Shown here: positions 41,462 through 52,000 of the stretch, one piece after another
How positions within the stretch are numbered: the stretch's first letter is position 1
How the letters are laid out: each line of letters starts with the position of its first letter
DNA from: Cyanidioschyzon merolae
Taxonomy: Eukaryota
DNA: 64,000 nt
Reading direction: 5' to 3' (one strand)
NCBI GenBank assembly: GCA_000091205.1
Contig: AP006496.2
Made by a program: the position numbers and the translations under genes
The notes under the pieces: model-generated
What the model was told of the DNA's origin: nothing
Seen by the model: the letters and a program-made list of their open reading frames with translations, nothing else
Databases searched by the model: none

Positions 41462-42514
41462 TCAGGATGTGCGACGTTGGTACGAACCTCGAAAGCGCCA
41501 CAGCATCCACAGCGCTACGCAAAGGCCCACAAAGTGGCTTAAAAGCGCGTTGGTGTTCGCTTGCACCACGAAAATATCCAGCGCTTGAACGTAGCCGACA
41601 GTACCACCACCGGCCTGAATACTGCCGGTCGCGTAGAATGGTAGCGGCCCTGCCACGCCTTGGCTCAGCGCCTTGGCTAAAAGGACTCCACTGATGCTCT
41701 GCGCCCCGATAAGCGTCAGCGCCATCCCTAAAATATTGATGAAGACACCTATCCGCAGCGTGCGGAAGATGTTTTCGCTGCGTATGCCGTAGCCCATCTT
41801 GCCCGCGCGCATCAGACGCCGGGCAAGGCGGATGTACCCATAAGCCCAAAACACCGATATAAACGCAAAAACGAGGCCAATGCCGGCAAATATCAGGCCA
41901 GTGGATGCGGCAGTCGTCGTTGTTGTCCCAGCTCCGCGAGTTCCCTGCAGAATGGCCACCGCAAACAGGGTAATGCCTCCAGCAACTATCGAAAGCAGTA
42001 GTTGCGCCCACCAGGCCACCGCCCCGAGGCGATAGAGTGCAGCGCTCACACGAGTCACATCCAGACTATTAGGGGACTCCCCAGAGTCTCCAATATCTGG
42101 CGAAAAACTCTCGTCTATGTCCTCGTCGGGTTCACGGGCAGCGTGTGCAGGCCGGCTGGGGTCGGCGCCGCTCGCGCTCCTGCCCTGCAAACGCAGACTC
42201 CGCCACCAGCACGACGTGCGCCGTTCACGAACCCGCCGTACACTGGTGGTAATCAGGTGTCGTGGCAGTCGATCCCCGACAGCCTGTCGATGAAACGCCC
42301 TTGGCACTGCAGAAAATATCGTCGTGAACGCCAAATCCATTAGAGGAACGTTCTTGTAAGTAGCGAAGCGCTTTCCAGTGAGCGCTGCAGCATTGCTGCG
42401 CGTACGGAGATTGTGTGTGGCGGGACGCGCAGCGGCTGGCACTTGGCTGTTCTCCCATCCAGCGTCGATACTGCAAAGCCAGAAGAGCATAGCACGAGAC
42501 ACACTTTTATACAT
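41462..42514 (-). CDS. Multi-pass membrane protein (4-5 TM), function unknown
   Basis: The 350-aa ORF has several long hydrophobic Gly/Ala-rich helices (LLLSIVAGGITLFAVAIL, GLIFAGIGLVFAFISVFWAYGYI, IGVFINILGMALTLIGAQSI, LSHFVGLCVALWMLW) and a hydrophilic N-terminal region. It is possibly DUF3611-like, but I cannot confirm that. Confidence 0.45.
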   Translation of the reverse strand: MYKSVSRAMLFWLCSIDAGWENSQVPAAARPATHNLRTRSNAAALTGKRFATYKNVPLMDLAFTTIFSAVPRAFHRQAVGDRLPRHLITTSVRRVRERRTSCWWRSLRLQGRSASGADPSRPAHAAREPDEDIDESFSPDIGDSGESPNSLDVTRVSAALYRLGAVAWWAQLLLSIVAGGITLFAVAILQGTRGAGTTTTTAASTGLIFAGIGLVFAFISVFWAYGYIRLARRLMRAGKMGYGIRSENIFRTLRIGVFINILGMALTLIGAQSISGVLLAKALSQGVAGPLPFYATGSIQAGGGTVGYVQALDIFVVQANTNALLSHFVGLCVALWMLWRFRGSYQRRTS

Positions 42515-42560
42515 GGGGTGTACATACTAGCAATTGGGCTTCTTCCCAGTGTCATGAACG

Positions 42561-42805
42561 CCAGCGTGCTAGGGCTTTTCCCATGATTGCATCCTTTTTT
42601 TCTCTGTGATCCTAGGCTGTAACGACACCTGTCTCTCCTGTCTCTGTTGCTCCGTCGTCACCAGTCGAAGGACATTATAGATACCAGCGTGCTCGGGCTT
42701 TTCCCATGATTGCATCCTTGTTTTCTCTGTGATCCTAGGCTGTAACGACACCTGTCTCTCCTGTCTCTATTGCTCCGTTGTCACCAGTCGAAGGATATTG
42801 ATAGC
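42561..42805. repeat. ~124-bp tandem duplication (2 copies) adjacent to repeat-family copy C
   Basis: The unit ccagcgtgct.gggcttttcccatgattgcatcctt.ttttctctgtgatcctaggctgtaacgacacctgtctctcctgtctct.ttgctccgt.gtcaccagtcgaagga is repeated head-to-tail. Copy A has a related single segment, ctgttgtcaacagtcgagggata, at ~10057. Confidence 0.85.
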
Positions 42806-43440
42806 AGCATTCGAGTCCCAAGGACGCAGCTTCTGGTTAAGATCGACTCAGTTGGTACACGGGTAGCAATAGCAATCTATAGCTCGCTGGTTATTTTCAT
42901 TTTTTTCTTAGGGAGCCTCGGTGCGCCCTTCGCAGCGGTAACGCTCGACTGGTGTCAGGTGCTCCACAATGTCTAACACTGTTCCTCTTTCGAGGGTTGA
43001 CGCGTGCAGCGCGCAAGCTTGCTTCATCGCTCGATAAATGTCCTTGACCGATGGAGACGGCTTCTCTGCAGGCTCTCCTCTGTTTCCACGTCCAGAGTCG
43101 CGGCTTTTAGTAACGCTCTTGTTCTCGGTGATTCGTTCTGCGAGTGCGCTGTTCGCTGCAGGTACGAGCGCACGCTGTTCCATTCGATACAGGATTTGTG
43201 GAACGCGGTGTCGTCCATGATGAAACAAGTACGGGACAGAAAATCCGGTCTGGAGAACCTGTCCGGAGATTTCGATCTGTCTTTGTTCGCTTCATGCAAA
43301 GTCGTGAAGCACGCGCCACTGGAAGCGGTCTTGGCGAAGTCTAAAGTCCGAGTCCAAGGCCCTGTTGCATGCAAACAGGAGAGACGCGAATCTCTGAGAA
43401 CGTATTCCACGCGAGACATATCATGATGATGTCGGATTCC
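42806..43440 (-). mobile_element. Copy C of the dispersed transposon-like repeat family
   Basis: ORF 42908..43228(-) MFHHGRHRVPQILYRMEQRALVPAANSALAERI...GRGNRG...VEHLTPVERYRCEGRTEA is homologous to copies A and B. Confidence 0.45.
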
Positions 43441-45287
43441 GTTTCATCGATCGGGAAAAAAGAGCCGGATTTGGCTCTCGAACGAAATCGATGACTTAAT
43501 GTGACAAATTCAGGACATATTTTCCATGAACTTATGAACCATTCGTCAAGAGATGACGCCGAGGTTTTTCCTCGCCAATTCAGGGGCACGAATCGCTGCA
43601 CCCATGAGTTGCCCTGAAACAGAAGAGATCAAAAACTCGGGGAGTGTGTGATCTGAGCATGCTAGACCGAAGGAAATAAGATGCGTGGATGTTCGTATGT
43701 ATGAACTTGGTAAATGATATCAATGATTTAACGAATTCATGTTCGAAGGCGCTGCGAGCCATCTTGTTTCCCGCTCCGCCACGACTTCCATCGGCGAGGA
43801 TTCGAAAGCGCCATCTGGAACGTGCAGCCGAGAATCTCAGAAATAGGTTCCCATGCGTACGCCCTTCTTGTTGCACTTCGAATACCAGGGTACCGCATTT
43901 ACGAAATAGTTCGAGAAAGAAGTCGAGTAGCAGCAACAGAGCGATCAGCTCAGTATTCTATATCCATGGTACACGGGTTCTGATCGCGAGCACCATTCCA
44001 TGAAACAGGCGTTCCGCAAGCGCCTGCTAGACCGAGTTCGCTCCTGCTGGCATGCGGTGCATCACACGAGTACAACGTCCAGCGCAATGAATACACCAAT
44101 GGAAACCCATCCCGGTGATCGCGCATATCCATGCCCTGACTTGTTGCTGACACCACCGAGTATCGATATGTTTGCCGGGCGAGGTTCGGCTGGTGACGCA
44201 TTCATCGAACGATGAACGCACACAGGTTCGAGGCGTCGACGCACCAGGCTCAAGTGAGCCCGCCAAGGGCATCGCAAGCCCGTATTCGTGGTCTTTTTGA
44301 ATGGAGCAAGCCTCGGCGAGCGCGTCTGCCTCTATGGAATCATAGACGACGAATGCCCCGTGACGCGTACATCTCCCAGGTGTGCTGTGCCTGTGGCATG
44401 CGCATACCAATGTCAAGCGAGAACAACATTTTCCATAATGAGATTTCCGACGCACACAGCTCTGTACCGCGAGTTGCTTCCTGCTCTGGTCATAATAGGC
44501 GTAGTTCCAGGTGGCTGCGCCCCGACCGGAAACGCTTTCCCAAAAAAGTCATCACCAGAGGGTGAAAGCGATGAACGCATCCTCCCGAGCGATCTTGAAC
44601 GCGTCTTTTTCTGCATACCGCCATGAATGGAGAGCGCTCCACCAGAACACAACGGATATCCGAGTACGCATCACTGCAAAAGCTGGACGTCTCACGGCAG
44701 GTGGTACGCTCAGCGAGTCAGTCGCGGTGAGGCGTGCACGCTACACGTGCTCGGAAATGGACAACTCGCGTTTTGCACGGATTCCAAATTTTTCATCTTT
44801 CGCGTTTGCTCTGTCTCTGGCCCAGAATGCAAGAGCGTCACGAACAAGCCTTGCCCCGTAACGAAAGCAACGTACCAGATCGTTGCGGAGCAGTGGAAGC
44901 ACTGTACAGATTCGCGCTTTGGAAGCATCTGAAAAGCTACTTAGTACATATTTAAACAATAATGAACGTAATGTACATTCGTGCTTTGAAACGCTCCCGA
45001 AAGCAATCCTACCATCTACTTACACAATACCGAAAGCAATACACATTCGTGCTTTGAAACAATCCCGAATGCAATCTACCGCATCCTTCAATGATAGCGA
45101 AAGCAATCTCCATCAGCGTCCAACTGTATCCATAGAAAGAGCGCTGGTAGCGTCAGCCGCGCAGGTTAACCCAGCGGTACACGCCTTGCCCCAGGGGATG
45201 GTGCAGTTCGCCGCCGCCGTCGATATGCACTTGAGCCGGCGACGAGCATCGCGGAAGCAGTGGTATCGGGAGTGGCGATAGACGACC

Positions 45288-48200
45288 ATGGGCAACGTAC
45301 GCAGACTAGAGAACAGTTCAACCGAGCATAGACTATGGAGTGCGTTAGGATTCACTGCACCCATAAACGATCGCTTTAGGCTTCGGGTAGCGTCACCGCG
45401 GGACTCGTGTGGCTGGAAGCGCTCACCGTGGACGCCTGCTGTCTCTCTGACGCGCTCCCCAAGACGCCCTCGACGGGGAACACTGACGACGCTGTGTCCA
45501 GTAGCGACAGCCGCTGCAAACAAACGAGGACAGGCTTCGTCACCAAAGATGAATAATTTCGGAAAAGATGGGGGACGTAGCGCTGGTGCTTCTCTGGAAG
45601 GCACCGGTGCTTTTTCGCCGCTCGATCGCCACTATGGCGGTGTGCACTACCTTGTACACAAGTTTGGAGGGTCGTCTCTTGCGGACGCGCCATGCTTCGA
45701 ACAGGTTGTGAGCGTACTCGAGAAAGAACTGGCTGCGGAGACGGCTGCGCTTCGTCAGCTAGCAGAGGCCGCTGGTCGGGAAGCGCTTCCTTGCCGCCTC
45801 TTCGTGGTCGTTTCAGCGGTGAGCGGTGTCACCAACACGCTTGAGCACGCGCTGCAGTGTGCGATTGAGCGCAATAAGGACGAGCACTACCTGGAAGTAT
45901 TACAGAAGCTCCAGGAACGTCACGAAACGCTTGCGCATGCCCTCTTAGACAGCAACGAAGCGAAGCAGCCATTTTTTGCCATGCTATCGTCAACCATGCA
46001 AGACCTGAAGGACCTGCTGCGAGCTGCCTTTATTTCTAGATCGGCATCCAGTGCAGTGAAAGACCTTGTGCTGGGTTACGGGGAGTTGTGGTCGGCACAG
46101 CTTATGTGGGCACGCCTGCGGCAGCAACAGCGCCTGCATGTGGCTGCGGGTCAAAATACCCCAGGAAGTGTCGTGTGGCTCGACGCACGCAACGTTATCG
46201 CTGTGCGACGTATACCAACCATGCCGTCTGAGCGCAAGTCCGTGGACTGGGATATGACGCAAAAGCTATTCGACGAGTGGATGAGCCAACACGCGGGCTC
46301 AGGACTCGTTGTAGCAACCGGTTTCTTGGCTCTGGACGCAGACCGGAGAGTACCTACCACACTGGGTCGCAACGGCTCGGATTTCTCTGCAGCAATCTTC
46401 GCTCGGCTGGTACGCTCGCCCACATGCACGATATGGACTGACGTGGACGGCGTATTTTCGGCAGACCCGCGTTGCGTCCCGGATGCGATTATCATTCCAC
46501 AACTCAGTTTCAAAGAGGCAGCCGAACTGGCGTACTTTGGTGCCAAAGTACTCCATCCGGATACGCTGACACCGGTCGTCATCAGCGGAACACCCGTTCG
46601 CATTCGGAATACGTTCCGCCCGGATGCTGGTGGCACAGAGATCCTGCCGTCAGCGCGAATGCTTGCTGGTGAAGCGGCTCTCGATGCAGCGAACCAAGTG
46701 AACGGATCGATCGGGGTTGCACATTCTTTTGCATCGTTGGCAGCGAGGAAAGCGGCCATGGGTATCACTGCGGGCGTCAAAGGCTTCACTTCCGTTCGGG
46801 ATATTTCCATCGTGAACGTAGAGGGAGCGGGCATGATCGGCGTACCTGGTATTGCCAGCCGTGCATTCGCCGCACTCTACGCTGCGAATGTTTCCGTTGT
46901 TTTGATCGCACAAGCGTCCTCAGAGTTCTCCATCTGCGTTGCAGTGCCCGGTACAGACGGCACCACGGCTACCGAGGCGTTGCGGCGAGCGTTCCGTATC
47001 GAAATCGAAGACCAGATCATCAATTCTGTTGAACTGCTGGCAGACTGCTGTATTCTGGCCATGGTTGGTGAAAACATGCAGAACACACCCGGTGTCTCTT
47101 CGCGCCTGTTCACCGCATTGGCTAACGCCGGTGTCAATATCCGAGCGATCGCCCAGGGCAGCAGCGAACACAACATTTCAGTGGTGATCCAGGCTGGTGA
47201 TGAGGTGCGAGCACTTCGAGCAGCGCACGCTGCCTTCTACCTCGGCGACTACACCATTTCCGTGGGTATTATCGGGCGCGGACTTGTCGGCAGTACTCTG
47301 ATCGAGCAAATGCGTGAACAGAGAGCCAAGCTCCACGACCAGTACGGAGTCGACTTTCGCATTCGGGCCATTGCGTCCAGCAGTCGTATGTGGTTGCTCA
47401 GCAGTGGCGAAAATTTCGATGAGTTCAGTGCACCAGGTCGCAACTGGATGGACGATTTTGAAAAACGGGCGGAAACGCTCGATCTCGATCGCTTTGTAGG
47501 CCACGTGAACGACGGAACCCTACCACACGCGGTACTCGTCGACTGCACTGCTTCTGGCGAGATTGGTGCCAAGTATGCCTCTTGGTTGCGGGCTGGACTC
47601 CATTTGGTGACACCGAACAAAAAGGCAAACTCTGCTTCAATGGAGTACTATCGGGAGATTCGCGACGCAATGCGCGCACGGAACACACACTTCTTCTACG
47701 AAGCGAACGTCGGTGCTGGACTACCCATCATATCCACCGTCCGGGATCTGCTGCGTACTGGAGACTCGTTTCTCAGCATAGAAGGCATTTTCAGTGGCAC
47801 GCTCTCGTACATCTTTAACTGCTTCGACGGAAGTACCCCGTTCAGCCGCATCGTTCAGCAGGCCAAGGAACTTGGGTACACGGAACCGGATCCTCGGGAG
47901 GATCTCGCTGGTGCAGACGTTGCGCGAAAAGTCGTCATTCTTGGACGTGAAGTCGGGCTCGACATTGAGCTCGATCAGATTAGCGTCCAGAGTCTGGTAC
48001 CGGCCGCACTGGACGCCAGCCAGGGCGTATCAGTCGCCGAGTTTATGGAACGCTTGCCCGAGTTCGATGACGAACTCAACCGTCAAGTCCAGGAGGCAAG
48101 CTCCCGTGACCAAGTACTCCGCTATGTTGGCGTTGTCGATGTTCAGAACCGGCGGTGTGCTGTGGAACTGCGCGCGTATCCACGCAGTCATCCCTTTGGT

Positions 48201-48362
48201 GGCCTCGAAGGCAGCGATAATATCGTGTGTTTCCGAACTGTTCGCTATGATGCGCAGCCACTAGTTGTACGAGGACCGGGTGCTGGGGCTCAGGTCACCG
48301 CCGCTGGTGTCTTTGCGGACCTCCTGCGTCTAGCCGGACACTTTGGTGCACCAAGCGGTTAA
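45288..48362 (+). CDS. Bifunctional aspartokinase / homoserine dehydrogenase
   Basis: The aspartokinase N-terminus is VHKFGGSSLADAPCFEQV. ACT-domain regions follow (ISIVNVEGAGMIGVPGIASRAFAAL; ILAMVGENMQNTPGVSSRLFTALANAGVNIRAIAQGSSEHNIS), then the homoserine dehydrogenase NAD-binding motif ISVGIIGRGLVGSTLIEQ and the catalytic domain (EANVGAGLPIISTV). The first 87 aa are Arg/Ser/Thr-rich, suggesting a possible organellar transit peptide. An alternative start is Met 45549 (MNNFGKDGG). Confidence 0.85.
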   Translation: MGNVRRLENSSTEHRLWSALGFTAPINDRFRLRVASPRDSCGWKRSPWTPAVSLTRSPRRPRRGTLTTLCPVATAAANKRGQASSPKMNNFGKDGGRSAGASLEGTGAFSPLDRHYGGVHYLVHKFGGSSLADAPCFEQVVSVLEKELAAETAALRQLAEAAGREALPCRLFVVVSAVSGVTNTLEHALQCAIERNKDEHYLEVLQKLQERHETLAHALLDSNEAKQPFFAMLSSTMQDLKDLLRAAFISRSASSAVKDLVLGYGELWSAQLMWARLRQQQRLHVAAGQNTPGSVVWLDARNVIAVRRIPTMPSERKSVDWDMTQKLFDEWMSQHAGSGLVVATGFLALDADRRVPTTLGRNGSDFSAAIFARLVRSPTCTIWTDVDGVFSADPRCVPDAIIIPQLSFKEAAELAYFGAKVLHPDTLTPVVISGTPVRIRNTFRPDAGGTEILPSARMLAGEAALDAANQVNGSIGVAHSFASLAARKAAMGITAGVKGFTSVRDISIVNVEGAGMIGVPGIASRAFAALYAANVSVVLIAQASSEFSICVAVPGTDGTTATEALRRAFRIEIEDQIINSVELLADCCILAMVGENMQNTPGVSSRLFTALANAGVNIRAIAQGSSEHNISVVIQAGDEVRALRAAHAAFYLGDYTISVGIIGRGLVGSTLIEQMREQRAKLHDQYGVDFRIRAIASSSRMWLLSSGENFDEFSAPGRNWMDDFEKRAETLDLDRFVGHVNDGTLPHAVLVDCTASGEIGAKYASWLRAGLHLVTPNKKANSASMEYYREIRDAMRARNTHFFYEANVGAGLPIISTVRDLLRTGDSFLSIEGIFSGTLSYIFNCFDGSTPFSRIVQQAKELGYTEPDPREDLAGADVARKVVILGREVGLDIELDQISVQSLVPAALDASQGVSVAEFMERLPEFDDELNRQVQEASSRDQVLRYVGVVDVQNRRCAVELRAYPRSHPFGGLEGSDNIVCFRTVRYDAQPLVVRGPGAGAQVTAAGVFADLLRLAGHFGAPSG

Positions 48363-49056
48363 CGCAGATTCCCTACACTCGTTGAACGATGACTCTTCGT
48401 AAACAGTCTGTGGACCGGTCGATGACGTTCAAGCGACGGATGCTTGCTGGGTTGTACGGGAGTGCCCACTTTGCCACTCGCTGTGCTGATGGCGTTTCCG
48501 GGACCCGCAACTGCCACAGCGGCTTCGATAGACGCCTCCACGCCGGAGCTCATGATACCGTACGTTCTACCAGCGACGTGATAAACGACACCGACATGCA
48601 CGCGTGACCAACAGCGTAGAGCGTGCTTGTACCAGCAAGGCGCGCTCTGGGTACCGCCTCAAATCTGGTGAAGGCACCAGGGAGCGAGGTTTATCGTTCG
48701 TCATGGTATTCGGCGGTTTGTCAGCTGCGGGTACCATACACCCGGTCGATGCAGGACTCGTACCTGCGCGAGGTTTCCAGGTCGTGTCGCAGGGGTATCG
48801 CGCCCGGCACCAGCGGCTCCTTCTGAACACGACTGATCAACAGGTCTGCCGAAGCGTTGCACCCCAGGTGGCATGGTTACGAAGAGCGTGTCGCACAGCA
48901 CGAAAAAAAACGGTATCGTGCAGTTGTCTCGTCTACAGCGACGCGCTTGGTGTTTCAGGGATCGTTTTGCATGTCAAGCGTTTTGAATGCCAGGAACGTG
49001 CTCGTCTCCACTGGGAATCCAGGATGCGTAGGGTAACGATGGTATGGGGAGTTGCT

Positions 49057-52000
49057 TTACGCTCCAGAGTGCCACGTGGTCGTCGTGTATCCATCTTGTG
49101 CTCGTGGACGTGAAGCAGACGGCTGACAAGGATGATCATGAGGGCGATGACGTCGACTGCGACGCCAAGACCACCACTTGGATCGCTTTGCTTTTTCAGC
49201 GCTGGAGCCTTGTGTCTGCCACTGGGTCCCCGGTGCCGTGGCAGAGGCTTCAGCGGCATGTGCAGTGTACTCCGCGGTTCGCTCTGAAGGCCGCAACGTC
49301 GACAGAGACGCTGCCTCCCGCTGGAAACGCATCTCCGAGTGGTCTCCTGGCAGCGTATCATCCAGTTCAGCGAACGATACCTCGTCTGCAGCGTTACTTT
49401 CCGTATCCGAATCGAAAGCGTCGCGCCGTTGGACCAGCATCGTCGAAGGGATGGTACAACGGGTCTCCTCGGCATCACCACGAACATCCCGAATGCTGAC
49501 CTCGAGGTTGCCGTGCTCGTCAAGCGTGAACGCGAGCTCGACCCGAGCACCGCCAGCCCGATGTCGTACGGGACTCTTGAATCCATGGAACTCGACGATC
49601 TTCAGCAGACGATGGTGACGATGTGCGTCCTTTGCACCCAGCGGACGTAACCGGAGTCGTGATCCCTGATAAATGAAGAAGGCGATCGCATCCTGTCGAT
49701 CGACACATGTGGTTACCGTCACTGTCCGCTCGCAAGGAAAGCAGGTGCCGGCTTCGATCAGCGGTAGAAAGCGTCCACCGGCAACTTCGATGCCCAGTGC
49801 ATGAACTAGGGCTTTGGGCTGATCCTCGGTTTGGTTTGGGGCAACACCCACGAACTCTGTCCAGTCTGCGGAGCATGTCGATGCCGACGCAGCGTCTACG
49901 CTGGACTGGACTGCTGGACTGGTGTTTTCCGAAGCAGCGTGAGCGACGTCACCACCACCGCCACCAGCAACGGCAACAGCAGCACCAGCAGCAGTGGTGC
50001 CAGGGGCAAAGACCCCAGATAACGTGCGTCCCGCTTCCTCGCAGCCGCTCTCTCTATCGTGATAACCGCTGAGACTATCGCTGCTACCTGCCCGTGATGG
50101 AAATGCAGACGCGGATCCGCCCCAAGTGCCTCTAGTCGAGGGCAGTAGCGGTCGCGTCTGTGGCGCTGACCCGCTTCCGCGCTCTTCACTCGACAGATCC
50201 GAACTAGTCTCGATATCAATGAGCGGCAGCGCTGACTGCTGCACCATTGACCCATATGTCCGCGATACTGCCGCTTTTCCCGAGTATTGTTTGGCTACGG
50301 AGGCGGGTACCGAGCCCTCCGTGGACGACCTCAAGAGATGTAGATGCGCATCCTCGTCGAGACTGAGTTGACGGTCGTCCTCATCCTGCTCATACAGTTC
50401 CCGCTTCGACAGTCGACCGCGTTGGTCAGCGCCAAAGCGCATCTCGTCACGACGCCTGGAGTGTCGGTGTCTGTCGAACAGGGCGCCTTTTCGACGTGCC
50501 TCTGCGTTTCCGCTGGACACTTCATCGATCGTCGCTGCGTCACTGGTACCTGCTGTCGTTGCGCTTGTCGAGACGCCACGCGGCGGACGCTTGAGCGACG
50601 GTGCGTCGGTCTCCCCGAGCAGTGCGACATCCCGTGGAAGGATCGGTGGGAAGCTAAGGCCGCCGGTCTCGACCCCGAGCGCGGTAAGGATGCGCGGTAA
50701 TGCCTCCCGCAGTGAGCGATGACCCTCGAGTCCCAAGAGCGCCAGGTTGACGTTCTCGACGCGTTCACCGCATCCCCGAATGGGAGAGAGGCCAGCCACC
50801 CGGAACTGACCACTCGAACCGCGGTGAAATAGGGCCAAGGCCCAGTCGGTTCCACAATACGCATTCACGAGACGACCCGAGACTGCACGCGAAGCGCGCT
50901 GCCATCGTCGACTGTCGCCGGTACACGGGGCACCGACCAAGAAGGCATCGTCGACGACGCCGTAGACACCAGCGTCCGCGAGCGCTTCCAAACACTTGAA
51001 AACGACTCGAGCACCATGCGAGTAGCCAATGAGGGTGACAGGTCGCTGGCCCTGCTCTCGCAAAGCCAACAGGTCCGCTAAGGCATCACCAGCAGCGTTC
51101 GCTCTGTTCAAAAGTACAGACCAGGGGCCGTCCACGATATCTGCTGCCGAATAGACGAACAGAGGCCAAGCGATAGATGAGAGCAGCGTTCCCGCTGCAA
51201 ACGAGACCGCCTGAAGCACATGCGGTGCAGCCTGCTGCGCTGCCGTCGTGGCTGCTTTTGTTGTCCAAAACTTGAGAAACGCTCTCCCCATTTCGAAGAG
51301 CTGATCGGGTTCCCAACGCAGTGCATAGCGCTCTGCGTACGGCAAGAGCCTGCCATTCCCCAGCGCGCTGTAGAACTGCGAAGCACAGGCTCCTTCCTGG
51401 CGAGAACGCGTTAGCCAGCCGGGAACGAAAATCACCAGGTGAAGGCCTCGACTCCGCACCATACGAGTTGCCATGAGCGGGTGCTCCTGTTTGACAAGTT
51501 CTGCTGCGCCGTTGTCTTCAGTGCCGCTCTGGGTTTCATGGGTGCTCGACGGTACCGCAGCGGAGTCGATGTCATCTGCAGTTGCAGCATCCGTTGCAAT
51601 TGCGCGTGTGAGGCCCTGGTTGCCAGCACCACCAGCACCACCAGCACCACCATCGGATGCTGCGGACGTACCGGACGCTTTCTCGGTTGCCGCAGCATCG
51701 TCGCGGTGTGCTTCTGTCGTCGGATGCAGCGGCCTCAGCGTCCAAGTGCGCTCCGCAAGGCGCTTCTCCAGGATGCTTGCCGGTGTTGCGTGTCGGAATC
51801 CCTGACCTGACGCTGTTCGCAGTGATGTCGTCGATAGCGCGCCCACAGACTCACCGGAAAACCCAGTGGTATCCTCGTTGGACGCTGCTACGAGCGGTGC
51901 TGTCCCGCGTGTTGGCGGCTCGGGGAGCATTGGTGCAGGCGCCAACCCACCCGGATGTGAAGACGACTTGAGCGTTCGAATAGACGCAAACGGTAGCTGT

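Noticed and set aside
24826-43440. Idea that the 125-bp tandem arrays at copies B and C are strictly homologous terminal arrays of the same element end
   Set aside because: By-eye alignment gives only about 60% similarity in inverse orientation, and the arrays are on the opposite relative side of the conserved ORF in B versus C. I kept them as separate observations rather than asserting a defined terminal structure.
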